Shown piece by piece: positions 1-17,327 of a DNA stretch of 64,000 nucleotides. Numbering within the stretch: the first letter of the stretch is position 1; the number at the start of each line of letters is the position of its first letter. Source of the stretch: the human T2T-CHM13v2.0 reference genome, Homo sapiens; the NCBI RefSeq assembly GCF_009914755.1, contig NC_060935.1. One strand, 5' to 3'. A program made the position numbers and the translations under genes. Below the pieces are notes generated by a model. It searched no databases. It was not told where the DNA came from and saw nothing but the letters and a program-made list of their open reading frames with translations.

Positions 1-288
1 CACTCTTGTATCTTCTACATCAATAACCACTAGATAACAAATGTTTGCCGCACCTAGGGAATAATATAATCCTTTACTGTGACTTGTCTGTAAACATTTT
101 CTTAACTAAAAATTAATTCCAAATTATCTGAAACAGATGCTATCCAAACAATAACAAGTATATTCCAATGAGATGCAACATAGCCTGGCTACTCTTTTAT
201 AGATTCAATCCCATAAACCCAACACCCAACTTAAGTTGTTTTTGTTTTCAATGAAGTAAAATTACCATAGATATGAAAGCTGTATTAC

Positions 289-417
289 CTTCATAATGTT
301 AACTAAATCTGTTTGATAGTAGCGATCCTGATGTGCATTTGCTGCCGCTAGGGTAAGAAGATAATCATTCCTTGCGTGGGTAGCTTTGGAATTACACTCA
401 GATCGCCGGGCTTTTAA
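289..417 (-). CDS. FCHSD2: FCHSD2 coding exon (probably exon 8), 129 bp, phase 0/0
   Basis: ttttag|TTAAAAGCC...ATGAAG|gtaata; translates LKARRSECNSKATHARNDYLLTLAAANAHQDRYYQTDLVNIMK. Confidence 0.96.
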
Positions 418-1262
418 CTAAAACATAGCAAAATAAAATAATCAGTGCAAACTGATATTGTACTGCAAAACACATAGGAATCCTACTCTTAGTTTGCAAT
501 TAATGGCTCCCCAACAAGAATAAAGGTAACCACGTGCGGAAAACATTTATACGTATATAAAAATTATTCATCACTACTAAGGAATGAAACAGTGACTAGA
601 ACTGTTATACAGGGCAGGAGCATTTTCAAATATTTGCTTAACATACTTCTAAAGCTTTGTAGATAACTTAAAAATATTTTGCCCATTTATTCAAATGACT
701 AAATAAAGGTTCTGAAATAAGTACCTTATCTTCAAAGGTATGGGTAAAATCTAGTGGAGTTAGAAAACAGTTTTTTAAAAATCAGCACTCCTAATGTGCC
801 AGATGAACTGCATGCTAGTTTGAAGCCTGGCAGCCACAGCCAGGTCTCTAAGCTTACTTAATCAGGCATTCCACAGTGTGAAGTTTCCGAAGGAAAAACT
901 CACTCACATCTGGCCCAGAATATCACTCAGGGGTCTAAATCTAAACGAAATAGATTTTGTAGAGCTTTCCAAAGCCCCCGGATTAAGTCTCTTGGACTAA
1001 GAGCTAAAGACAACAGGCTGCCTAAGCAGGTAAGGTCCAGAAACTTATCCCTAATGCAGTCTTGAGAAGCAAGTGTGTCCAAGGTGTTGACAGCTGGGTG
1101 CAAAACCCCCATGAACTGGGAGGGAAAGTTCCTCCCTGAGTCAGTGACTTTAAAATGCTTCTCTAAGGTAGAAATAATCCACCTCCACCCTCAAAGATCC
1201 AATTCTCTGTTTTACAAGCTAAGAGGTTTCTCAGTTGTGAAATACACTTATTGAAAACTTAC

Positions 1263-1317
1263 CTTTACACTTGCCTTCTGTAAACTGATTCTTGATTGAA
1301 AAAGACTAAGTTTAGAT
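1263..1317 (-). CDS. FCHSD2: FCHSD2 coding exon (probably exon 7), 55 bp, phase 2/0
   Basis: ttatag|ATCTAAA...GTAAAG|gtaagt; translates (K)SKLSLFQSRISLQKASVK. Confidence 0.95.
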
Positions 1318-2361
1318 CTATAATAAAAATAGAAAAGTATGTTTAATAAAATCATCTAATTATATCACAATAAAATTACTAAATATATTATTAAAATTTA
1401 AAAATAATCTTTTTTGAAGATACTGCTCTAAAAAAGAATGAAAAAATGGAAAACCAAGAGTAATGATTATTTTCCTTTATTTTACTACAGGAAGAATTTA
1501 TTATCATGGTAAAACAGGAAATACTGGGATTAATATAAGACAAATATCCAGAATGACCAAAAAAAAAAAAAAAAAAACTTGACCAAAAAAAAATCAAAAT
1601 ATATTGGTGTCTCCTAATAAACAAGAGCCATCAAATTATAGACTATTCTCAGTACCATACAACTTCATACACTTTAGTTCCTGCAAAGGTTAGAGAGACC
1701 CAGGGACAATCAACCTATGGAGGCAAGCGTCAGCAAACTTTCAGGGCTGTGTGTGAAAGACTCTAACAATAGGCTCTATGAAGTCCTTACTTCTATTATT
1801 TCCACCATTAAAAGTACTTCTTGTTTGGGTACCTGCCTGTGTGCCTCCTCTGCTCTAAGGGGGTATTCTGAACTTACTGAGAAAGTCCTGGGACTCTCTG
1901 CCCTGTATGATGTAATCTTCTCCCACTCTTGGGTTCTTATTTCCCTTGATCCTTTTTCAGTTTGGGAGAGTAACCATAATCTAACAATAGGTAGTACAAA
2001 CATGTTGATTTTACCCAAACAGCTGCAGATAACCATATGGAGAAAGTCAACAGACAAATGCTAGGGAACAAGCAACACTCCCAGGACCAGTGATTTTTTT
2101 TTTAAAGCTGCAATGTTTGTCCTGACTTCAGTGTCAGGGTGATTTCCATGAGAGAATTCAATACATGTGTTGGCAGCTGTGCCTCATGAAGTAAAGTTGC
2201 TGGCCAGTTTGGGACTGGATGATGGAGCAGTTAGTCTTTGCAAAGCCAGTGTGAAGAGGATAGGAAAAGCAGCCTCTTATTTTTCTAACAAGAGAAAACA
2301 TTCAGGGATGAACACATATGCAGCCCAACTACTTCCCCATTGTTAAAAAAATTGGGTTTAA

Positions 2362-2711
<350 letters not shown>

Positions 2712-3089
2712 CCAATTATTTTACTTTTATTAATCATATTCCTGTTTATTTTATCTAGAAAAGTAAAGGCCACAAACTCAAATCTCTAAGAAAGCCTTTT
2801 CAGAATAAGACTGTGTTTGGGGATATTCCCAGTTCTCCTTTTTTTACAGTCATTACCCAAATAGGCTGAGTTGCATGTAGATCTTCCAATATAAGGTTTT
2901 AAATTTCTGGCTTCTGCTTTATTTCCTAATCCTAATATACTTCTTGTGTAGTATTAAGGTAGGTATTAGTGATAGATAGAATAAAATAGTACCTGTTCTC
3001 AAACATTTCAATCTAGAAAAAATAAGGCAGGATTTTTACACCCAAACACTACACAAATAATGAACTATACCGCGTGCTACTCTTTACCA

Positions 3090-3740
3090 CCTACCCTTCA
3101 AAATTAATGTTCCTTGGGGTTCCAAACTCAACTTCTCATCTATTCTATATACTATGTAACTACCATCTGATAGGCAACTGACCCTCAAAGCGAGATCTTG
3201 AGGCCCAAATTCTCATTTAAGTGCCAGATATTTGACTACCTTCCAAACATATTCACCCCAGTGTTTCCCAGGCTCTTCAGAATAAACATATCCAAAATGA
3301 AATTCATCATCTCCTTCAAATTGTATCCCTCTTCCTTCTATGGTCTCTCCTAATGTGTGCATCTCCACACCATCTATCAAATCATCTATAAAAACTATAG
3401 GTAGTACAGTTTAACTTCCCCTTCCTGATCTTCCTCCTTATCTCTACTTAGAAAATTTATACTCATTCCTCAAGATTCTATCCAAACATCACTTCTTCTA
3501 TAAAGCTTTCATTTATCATTAGGCAAAATTAACCTCTATATTTTCTAGGCTTTCCTAAAAGTGTTTTCACATTACTACTGCAAGTAAGTTATTAGTTAAT
3601 ATTAAGTGACTTTAGGCACTTGATTTCTTTGAGTTTCTAATTCTAGGCCTTAAATTCCTTGAGGGCACAAAGCTTACCTTACTCATCTCTGTACTCACCA
3701 TATCCAATATAAAGTATTCAACAAACTGCGAATAAATGAA
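3090..3740 (+). mobile_element. L2 remnant
   Basis: Pyrimidine-rich body ending in an L2-like 3' end (ttccttgagggca...gaataaatgaa). Confidence 0.55.
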
Positions 3741-5166
3741 GATAAAGTGGCATTCCTTACTCTATAGTTGAAAAGTTAATATTAATATGTCTAGCTTGCT
3801 GTATCCCCTCTGAATTTGGGTCATGTTAGAAGGCAATTCCTTGTGATCAGCTCTGTGAATCAGACCCTATCAAATCCCCACTTCTCAGAAACGCCCCTCC
3901 ACTGTGCTCATGTTCATCCTGTGGGCTGTGGCTAAATTATTTGTTTATACATGCTTTACAAATCTGTCAATTCTCTGTTCTAGGATCTCTGAAAGTTTAA
4001 GAAAACAAGTTTCTAAAAACGACTATGACAGTATATTCCCAATGGACATCTAATCTAAAAACTTCAGGTCTTATTGAGAAGATGGGTTCACTGACTCTAT
4101 AAAAGTACAGGAAATATTTGTAGGTTCAAACAATAAAACAATAAATACAATAAAACAAATTAGAGAAATATTAAATGTGTTTTCCTGTAACATCAAGTCC
4201 TTCATGAATACTCACTTACCAGCCCTTGATAAACCGCGGAGCCCCTGAATTTTCACAAGTTGCTTATAAGGTTGCTTACATTTCTTGTGAATAAAAACTG
4301 TATTAGAAAGATAGCCCCCTCCTTACTGGTCTGTTTGTACAGGTGTTCAAAGCCTTTCTGATATTATGATTAGGAGTTCAGACTCCTAGATTTTGCATCA
4401 GTCAGCACACTGACCCTGAGTCTCAGCTCTCCTTCTCACAGATGTCTTCAGAGTCCAGTTATACAACATGCTTTTTCTCATCAACTTTTTATCTTTCCTC
4501 AAATTGTCACTGCAAAAATCTCTATTATATTGCTTGCTTTATATCACCTTCTATTACCAGTTGCCAGTTCCTTCTTTTCCTACTTATTCTTAAAAAAAGG
4601 TCTTATAATTCACATATATTGAATTCATACAATTGCTAAAGCATACATGAAAAATTATGTATATATACACTAGATTTTTGTGTAAAAGAAAAAAACAGTG
4701 CCTGGGGCAGGGTTTCTACATGGAGGTCAGTGCTTTTGTTCACTTGATGTGTTCATGGACCTTCAGTGGCATCCTGAGGATCACAGGAATTTCCAACTAC
4801 AACTGATTGAGAATCCAGCATGAGAAAAATGAGGCTCTTAAACCCTGATATTCAGACACCATAGCAGTGACTTCAGGCTTTTGATAAGCTTTCAAGTCTG
4901 TAAATACAATGTTCATTTACCTTCTTTTTCAAAATTCAATTTAATGTGAAAAACTGACTAATCTAATATTCCCATTTTGCTATATTAATTCAGATAAAAA
5001 TCAGCCAATTAAAAAAATGTGACCTAAAGTATATAACACATGTAGGTCAAATGAAACCACCACTACCTGAGAATGGGTCCATGCTCACTACTAATAGAGA
5101 ACAAACTATTAGCAACAATAACATTTATTTGCATAATAATTTTCTCAGAAATGTTAAAACACATAC

Positions 5167-5300
5167 TTTGCCTCGATGTCAGCTTTCTCTCGTACTGCAT
5201 GAGCCATCTGTTCAGTCTCAAAGTATTTCTTTTTGCCTTTAGCTAAATCTTTCACTGTCTCTTGTAATTCAGTTTGGATCTTTGTCAACTGGTCCACACA
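5167..5300 (-). CDS. FCHSD2: FCHSD2 coding exon (probably exon 6), 134 bp, phase 0/2
   Basis: ttacag|TGTGTG...GCAAA|gtatgt; translates CVDQLTKIQTELQETVKDLAKGKKKYFETEQMAHAVREKADIEA(K). Confidence 0.96.
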
Positions 5301-5999
5301 CTGTAAAATACAAAAGTACAATCATTATGATTTTAGTTTTCAGGCTTACAGAAAATGACTTCATCCTAAGGACTATACACTATGCCTTCAGGATGGAAAT
5401 CCAGGGGAAAAGTCAGTACGTTCAGTGTCCTTCAAATTGCAGATTAAAATCCTGTGAATTAAAATCCTGGTATTTCCATCTCAAGTACTACACATCAAAC
5501 AGTGTCACAGTTTGCCTAACAACCATACATTGAGAAATAACCCGAGTGCTGCTGATGACTGACGTTAAGGTAAGACATGGAAGAGCAACTATGAAAAATG
5601 TTCTCACTGTTGGAGATATCATGATAATAAAATCAAAAGAATAAGGCAATTCTGTATTTCCCCATAATCTTAACAAAGTCTCTCTTTATGTTTGGGTAAC
5701 CGACAGTGCAAAGGGTACTGAAGAATTCACCCCTTAGACAAGAGGGAGTGAAATCTGAGTAGTCTGACTTGGTAAGTCCAAGGTGAACAAGAGAAGCACG
5801 AAACCTGGGTACCACATAACAATTATTACTCAAAACCATCCCCTGCCCAACTCCGTGGATACACATATACATTCGAGGAGAAGGGATGGACATAACAACT
5901 AAAACAATGTTTAATCAATTAACTCTTATAACACACTGGGGCCAAGCAACACTGCCTCAGGACCTTTCTGAGTATCCAAAGGAGATTGACCCCACTTTG

Positions 6000-6300
6000 A
6001 AACAAACCAATTAGAAGTTTCACCAGCCTGAGACCAGCTTAGAGCAGTTACATCTAAAAACTTCTAAGCCTGAAATAGCACTGGTGGAGACTGGCAAAAG
6101 CTCAGCAAAGCAGGAGGAGACACTGGTGAAGGACTATTGTGCAAGGGTGAATAGTGTGGAGGAGGGCAAGGACATCAGAAGAATGAGGATAAAACAAGAA
6201 TAAACTTAACCATATGACATACAGGCTAGACTTTCCCAGAAGCTGTTAGGTGTTAAGAAAGGACTACAGGGGATGAGACATCTAGAAGATTCTGCATGGA
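6000..6300 (+). mobile_element. Possible L3/CR1 remnant
   Basis: Weak resemblance to the L3 3' end (gaggataaaacaaga...aggctagactttccc). Confidence 0.25.
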
Positions 6301-6573
6301 CAGATAAAAGCAAAATAACCACTCATATTTATTAAGCACTTAATAAGTGTTAGGCTGTGAAGGAAAAGGTTAAAAAAACACAAAATAAAACAAAACTTTT
6401 CCCCTCTGCACGAAACTGGGCCTTTGCTTAACTTTCTAGATCTGTGTTTCAATAGAAACCTGATGAGAAGACACAATGTCAGCTGTGTTATTAGGCAACA
6501 TTGCTTACAAACCCTGGTAGGCAAACTGCATCAATTTGGGATAAACTAAAAATTAACTATAAATATCTGATAG

Positions 6574-10128
<3,555 letters not shown>

Positions 10129-10519
10129 AAATATCGGATAGAAAAGCCAGGCTTTGGGCTTCTGTGAGTACGGTGTATCCGGACATGTCCCTTACAGGGA
10201 CACTGGAAGCTCTGTCTATAGAGTTGTTGTAAAAAATTTTAGTCTCCTTTAGGGGCTAAAGCTGGCTCTGCAAATGTGTCTCACTCCCTTGTCCTAGACC
10301 TGTCACTTGGAGGACCAAACAGAATAACTGGTCAGCTATGTGGACCGAGACATACAATAGTGGGAGAATTATTTCCATTAATGCTAGATGCTTCCCTACT
10401 GGCAAATTGTGTTTCCTGTACTCTGTCCTTCTCAGTAAACCTCTTGTCAGGTGTGGCCTATGAGAGCCAAGGGAGTCTGAATGCTTATTACTTCTAAAAA
10501 GACCCCTTGTGGGCACTGC

Positions 10520-10710
10520 ACAGGTGCTATGTTTCGTACTTTACAGGTATTATCACATTTAGTCCTTGAAACGACTCTATGAAAAAGGTAGTAGTAGTAG
10601 TAGCAGCAGCAGCAGTAGTAGTAGTAGCAGTGATCCCATTAAGATGAGAAAATAGACTCAGATGTTAAATAATTTACTCCGAGTCACACGGCAAGGATGT
10701 GATGATACCA
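10520..10710 (-). mobile_element. MIR containing an (AGT)n/(AGC)n microsatellite (about 10588-10630)
   Basis: cccattaagatgagaaaatagactcaga MIR core; trinucleotide run visible. Confidence 0.6.
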
Positions 10711-10743
10711 TTTACTATGGAACCCATTAAAGTGTGTACCCTA

Positions 10744-11395
<652 letters not shown>

Positions 11396-11622
11396 CATAT
11401 AAACTAAAAGTAAGCTTTTATCTTGCAGAACGAAAAGCTGTTTTCCCCCTAAATTGTAATAGTACTTATCAAATACAAAGTTTTTGTTTAATAAATGACA
11501 AGATGACAACCTGACACTCCCATAAAGAAGTGCTAAACATTCTAATAATGCTGTGTTTGCAGGTGTGAAGAGCTAAAAGCAGGCTCCATGGCTACAATTT
11601 TGATATTAAGAACCAAAAACTG

Positions 11623-11927
11623 GGCCAGGTGCGGTGGCTCACACCTGTAATCTTAGCACTTTGGGAGGCTGAGGCGGCCAGATATCTTGAGCCCTGGAGT
11701 TCGAGACCACCCTGGGCAACATGGTGAAACCTCATCTCTAAAAAAAAAGTACAAAAATCAGCCAGGTGTGGTGGCAAGCACCTGTAGTCCCAACTACTTG
11801 GGAGGCTGGGGTGGAAGGATCACTTGAGCCCAAGAGGTTGAGGCCACAGTGAGCCGTGTTCATGCCACTGCACTCTAGCAGGGGTGACAGAGCAGAGAAA
11901 AATTCTGTCTCAAAAAAAAAAAAAAAA
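11623..11927 (+). mobile_element. AluJ
   Basis: Dimer with J-type right arm and poly-A. Confidence 0.9.
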
Positions 11928-12384
11928 GGAAGAAGTTAAAAGTATAGTCTCTGAGTATGACAGAGACACAATAATAAACTTGCTAATAACTTGAATATAA
12001 GAATACAAATAAAAGTAACCTGGGCCAACACATCGAAGTCCTACAAATGATTAGGTTCTCTAACCCAGTAATAATGCCCTAGAAATTTATCCTAAGAAAA
12101 AAATTTAAAAAGTTAATTTTTACTGTAGACTTAAGGGTAATGTCCAAACCCAGTTGTATAATTAAAGAAAGCAGAATGGAAAATTCACAAAATAATAAAA
12201 AATAATAAACATAAAGGTTATGTAGAAACATGAACAATTAATTAGGAAATTGGGAGAATGAGGATAAAAGGAGCAAGATAAAAGGAGTAAGAGAATTAAG
12301 TAGTCTACTATGGTGAAGGCATTTACATGTATTTTTCTATAAACCTGTTTCAATATTAAGCTTTGTTTTAAAAGCATTGTACAG

Positions 12385-12590
12385 GATTTGGAATTAGGAA
12401 GTAGTAGTATATTCAAGTTCCCACTCTGTTATTTACTACCTAAGTCTCTTTAACATTTTTAGCTTTAGTTTTATCATTTGTAAAATAATAATACTTAAAT
12501 ACTATCAGGGTTGTGTAAAAATCAAATGTGACTATAATGGATATGGCAGCAGTTTGCAAACTCTAAAGTGTTATACAAATGTGAACCACA
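12385..12590 (+). mobile_element. MIR
   Basis: Core ttagttttatcatttgtaaaat...gggttgtg. Confidence 0.55.
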
Positions 12591-13904
12591 ATATTTCAAG
12601 GATGGTAAGTAAACTCTAGTATAAATGTGAAAGATACGGACAAAAGTATGGTTAAGTAAACATAAGAATGGCAAAAAGCCTTAAGTTATTGTAGCTCTCA
12701 TTCTAATTTTTAAGCAAATGTCAGCATACAGAAAATAATTTTGAAAAATGTAATAATTCTCATAATCCTCATTATAAACTGGGGCTCTGCATAATTGTAA
12801 TACAATTGTGTTTATCTTCCAAGCATTATAAAAGAAAATAGTCAAATTAGAGAAAATCTTTAAAAAAACATGAACTTTAAAATGTTGTAGAGGAAAAATT
12901 TTAAGTCAGATTGGTTCTGATCATGACAGAACAACTTGGATCAGACTACCTTTCTCTAGACTGGAAAGTGTAAAAGTTGAACAAAATACATTTTTAAAAA
13001 ACTGCCAGCATTAAAGACCACCACCACACACTGGACTTAAAGGACTAAGACACCCAGGAAAAGAGGAATACACCAAGGTAAGTCTTAAATTCAACTTAAT
13101 GTTTTTCCTTAGGGCATTTGTTGAATCATGGTATAAAGAAATAGGACAGAAACAGAAAGTGGCATTTTTACGAGACTGGGGAGACAGAGGTTGGAGTTTA
13201 GGGATGCCAAAAGAACAGGAACTTGAGAGGTAAGGGTCTAGAAAGAGGGGTACTGCAGAAAAGCAAGTCCAAAAATCTGTATGCAATTTCCCCTTGGGTT
13301 AACAGATGACTTCTAAAAAGCAGGTGTTGGGTAAAATGCCAAGAAATCCAGTAGAGAACTATAGCCGAGAGGCCAAAGAGTGAGCAGAGATCAGAGCATC
13401 AGAGCAGCTACACGATGTTGAGAAGACAAAGGTTAGAGTTCAAGTCTTGTCAAATTAGAAGGGTCTTGGTAAGCACCCTATATTTTCAGTTAAAACTCTA
13501 GGAGTAAGTGAAACAGAATAGCCCTAAAAAGCCTAAAACCAGAGATCCTAACAGAATCAAGGTGATCTAATAGCATTCTATCCACTTGCCAGAAGAAAGC
13601 TTAACCCTCTTTGGAAATAACATCTTCCCAGAGCCTCTACAGTTTTTATCCACAATGTCCAATATTGTGAGTCATAATCAAACAGAAGACCCAAATAACC
13701 AAAAATCAAGAAAAACCGCAGGCGGTTAAAAGAGACCTACAGTAATTCAGATAGTGAAATTATATAATAGAGATCAGTAGTAACATGTTTAAGAGGATAA
13801 AGGAAAAACATGGAGAACTGTACCAGAAATATGGAATGTAGTATTTAAAAGTCAAATAAAAATCCTGGAACTGAAAAGTACATTAAGATTCCAAAATATG
13901 AGGT

Positions 13905-14195
13905 TTTCTTTGTTTTGTTTTGAGAAAGGGTCTCCCTCTGTCATCCAGGCTGGAGTGCAGTGGCACGATCTCGACTTCCTGCAATCTCTACCTCCTGTGC
14001 TCAAGTGATCCTCCTGCCTCAACCTCCCAAGTAGCTGGGACTGCAAGCATGAACCACCACACCTGGCTAATTTTTACATTTTTTGTAGAGACGGGATTTC
14101 ACCATGTTGGCCAGGCTGATCTTGGACTGAAATGATCTTTCCACCTTGGCCTCCCAAAGTGCTGAAATTACAGGTGTGAACTACCACTCCCGTCC
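13905..14195 (-). mobile_element. AluJ
   Basis: Reverse dimer; TSD-like ccaaaa(t/g)atgag on both sides. Confidence 0.88.
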
Positions 14196-14459
14196 CCAAA
14201 AGATGAGTTTTTAAAGCAGATTCAAAATAGTAGAACAGTATATTAATAAACTTGTTAAATATTCAGATTGAAGTACACAGAGAAAAAAGGGTGGAAAACA
14301 AAATGCTGAAAAAGTAGAAAAGACATGAACAGAGTCAAAAGGTCTAACAGCCAAAAAGTCATAAATGAGAGTTAAATGGAATTATCTTGCTAGAAGATTT
14401 TTATATTGTTCATGAGGTAGTAAAATACTAATTCAAGGTAGATTGTAGTAAGTTAATTT

Positions 14460-14753
14460 GGACCAGGCGAGGTGGCTCATGCCTGTAATCCCCGCACTTT
14501 TGGAGGCTGAGGCAGGCAGATCACTTGAGGTCAGGAGTTCAGGACCAGCCTGGCCAACATGGTGAAACCCTGTCTCTACTAAAAATACAATAAAATTAGC
14601 CAGGTGTGGTGGCACACGCCTGTAATCCCAGCCACTCAGGAGACTGGGGTGGGAGGATCACCTGAGCCCAAGAGGCAGAGGTTGCTGTGAGCGAGATCAT
14701 GCCACTGCACTCCAGCCTGGGTGACAGAGCGAGACTCTGTCTCAAAAAAAAAA
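14460..14753 (+). mobile_element. Alu (S/J)
   Basis: Dimer with poly-A; TSD aagttaattt. Confidence 0.9.
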
Positions 14754-15169
14754 AGTTAATTTGGAACAAGGATTGGGGAATAGTAAGATTAATGATTCAA
14801 GGTAATGTAATAAGTTAGGGAGGGATATTATAATCTCTAAGGTAATTACTAAAAGAATATAGGATTTAAAAAGTAAGAAGCTAATAGTGGAGGAAAAAAT
14901 TGATAATAAAAAATATTAGATTGCTTAATATCACCAACCATCAGTGAAATACAGATCAAAGCCACAATAAAATATTAATTACCTCACACCTGTTAGGTGG
15001 CTATTATTCTTTAAAAGGATAACAGATGTTGGCAAGGCTGTAGAGAAATTGGAGCCCTTGTGCACTGTTGGTGGGAATGCCAAATGATGCAGCTGCTATG
15101 CAAAACAATTCTGGTCATTTGGGAAAATGAAAAATCTGGGATTGCTACCTTTAAGATTTATAAATCTGG

Positions 15170-15398
15170 CACATTGGGGGTCACCATGTGGAGAGAGTTG
15201 TTAGTGAGTGAAGCCATTCAGAAAAGCAGAGCTAATGGATGGAAAGAAAGTCTGAATTCTAATACCATCATTTGAACCCCTAGATCCACCCATGCTTGAA
15301 GTCCTTCAATTTTCAGTTATACAAGCAGATACATTCCCTTCTTGGCTTAAAGCAGTTTGAAGGAGGTTTCTTTCATTTGCTATCTCAGAGTCCTGACA
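15170..15398 (+). mobile_element. MLT1 LTR 3' fragment
   Basis: ggcttaaagcagtttga...tttcatttgc...agagtcctgaca MLT1-type end. Confidence 0.55.
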
Positions 15399-15468
15399 GG
15401 TATACCCAATATGTACTGAATATTTAACAATTGCTTAGATGTAACATAGATCATCAGCAATAATATAA

Positions 15469-15937
<469 letters not shown>

Positions 15938-16068
15938 TAAGGTGGCAGTAATTCAATTAGATCTGATGAATGCACTGGAAATTTGAAATGCAGTATTTCC
16001 TCCTGGTTGGGAAGTTATACTAGTATTAATTCTCTGCCCCTACCTTACACCCTCTTTCTGCACAATCA

Positions 16069-16099
16069 GACACACACACAAACACACACACACACACAC
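16069..16099. repeat. Interrupted (CA)n microsatellite
   Basis: Read directly from sequence. Confidence 0.9.
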
Positions 16100-17182
16100 T
16101 TTCTTCCAACTCAAAATCACTGGCCAGTGATCACATAGGTTACTCACTATGTTTGTTTTGAAAGAGATATTTTTTGGCAAAGATAAAACACAGGCATTCT
16201 TATACAAATATGTTTAACTGACTAATATTAGGTGAGTGCTCTAAAGAAATTAACATTTTACATAAAGACACATATACATCTAACATATTGATTTCATGCT
16301 ACTAGAATCATCTTTGGCAAACGGAAAATTGGGGGGTTTTTGGTGGGAAAGGTGTTTGTAAAAATGTTCTGAAAATCCTAATGACAATTAGAATCAAAAC
16401 ACTGGATGGCTTCTAAAATATTATTTCCCGAAATAATTACTTTAATATTTTCTTTCTTTTACTTTAATATTTTCTAAAGTATTAATACTTCCACAAGAAA
16501 ATTTTAATTACTTATTAGGTATAATGATAATCTCAATTTTTGTAACTCTATTTCCAAAAGAACACAATTCAATCACCTATTTTCAACAGCCAACTTTTCT
16601 AAAAAGTCACATTAAGCAATGCCATTTTCCTATGAATTTTTTATTTCTGTGTAATAAAATATGTCCATTTGAAAACATTTACTCATGTGTAACCCATATA
16701 ATTAAAGTTTAGAGTCCATCAGGTTTTTTAAAGTAAGTTTTTTATGTTTAGTCAAAATGTGTCAATTTCCTTTAAATTATTATACAAAATGGGTCAAGTT
16801 GAAAGTAAGACAAATTAATGTAAACTTTTTTCAAGAACTAGTGGGATTAATAACCTTGTAACTATTCTAATACACATCAAACTATACCGATATTGTGAAA
16901 CTAAGTAGATCTATGTACTTGAATTATGCCGAAAAGCGGTATTACTAAAAAGTATTTACTGAGCTTTTTGAACGTCCATGGATTTGAATTACATTCATTT
17001 TTAGCAGTTAATAAAACATAGTACTTAATGAGAACATGTTGAAATCAGAAAATCCTAGTAAAATGTCAACCAGAAACATATGGGACCATATAGTTTTAAA
17101 TAAAATTTAGCATAACCTTGCAGATTATAAATGTAGCACTGGGATATTAAAATGCATATAAGAACAGAAATAAAAACAATAC

Positions 17183-17327
17183 CCTTTTTAGTTGCTGTTC
17201 TTTTAAGCTTCTCACTGTCCTTGCAGGCTCAGAAATGAAGTTTTTATAGTTTTCACATATATTCATCCGAGACTGGGCTACCTGCATTGTTCCCTCGAGA
17301 AAAGATTTCCAAACGGGATACATGCTC
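17183..17327 (-). CDS. FCHSD2: FCHSD2 coding exon (probably exon 5), 145 bp, phase 2/0
   Basis: atttag|GAGCATG...AAAAGG|gtattg; translates (R)SMYPVWKSFLEGTMQVAQSRMNICENYKNFISEPARTVRSLKEQQLKR. Confidence 0.96.

Larger units (their letters stand above)
12920..15120 (+). mobile_element. Old L1M fragments (ORF1-like, then ORF2 3'-like), interrupted by two Alus
   Basis: A-rich L1-like text, e.g. ggaactgaaaagtac and cactgttggtgggaatg. Confidence 0.55.

Noticed and set aside
531-560. CACGTG E-box and tatacgtata palindrome near exon 8
   Set aside because: Isolated short motifs are expected by chance in 64 kb.
1717-2064. 115-aa plus-strand ORF and overlapping 93-aa minus-strand ORF
   Set aside because: No recognisable homology or exon structure; length is within chance expectation; region may be very old CR1/L3-like debris.
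10588-10630. CAG-like repeat as a coding or disease repeat
   Set aside because: Only a few AGC units mixed with AGT, intronic and inside a MIR.
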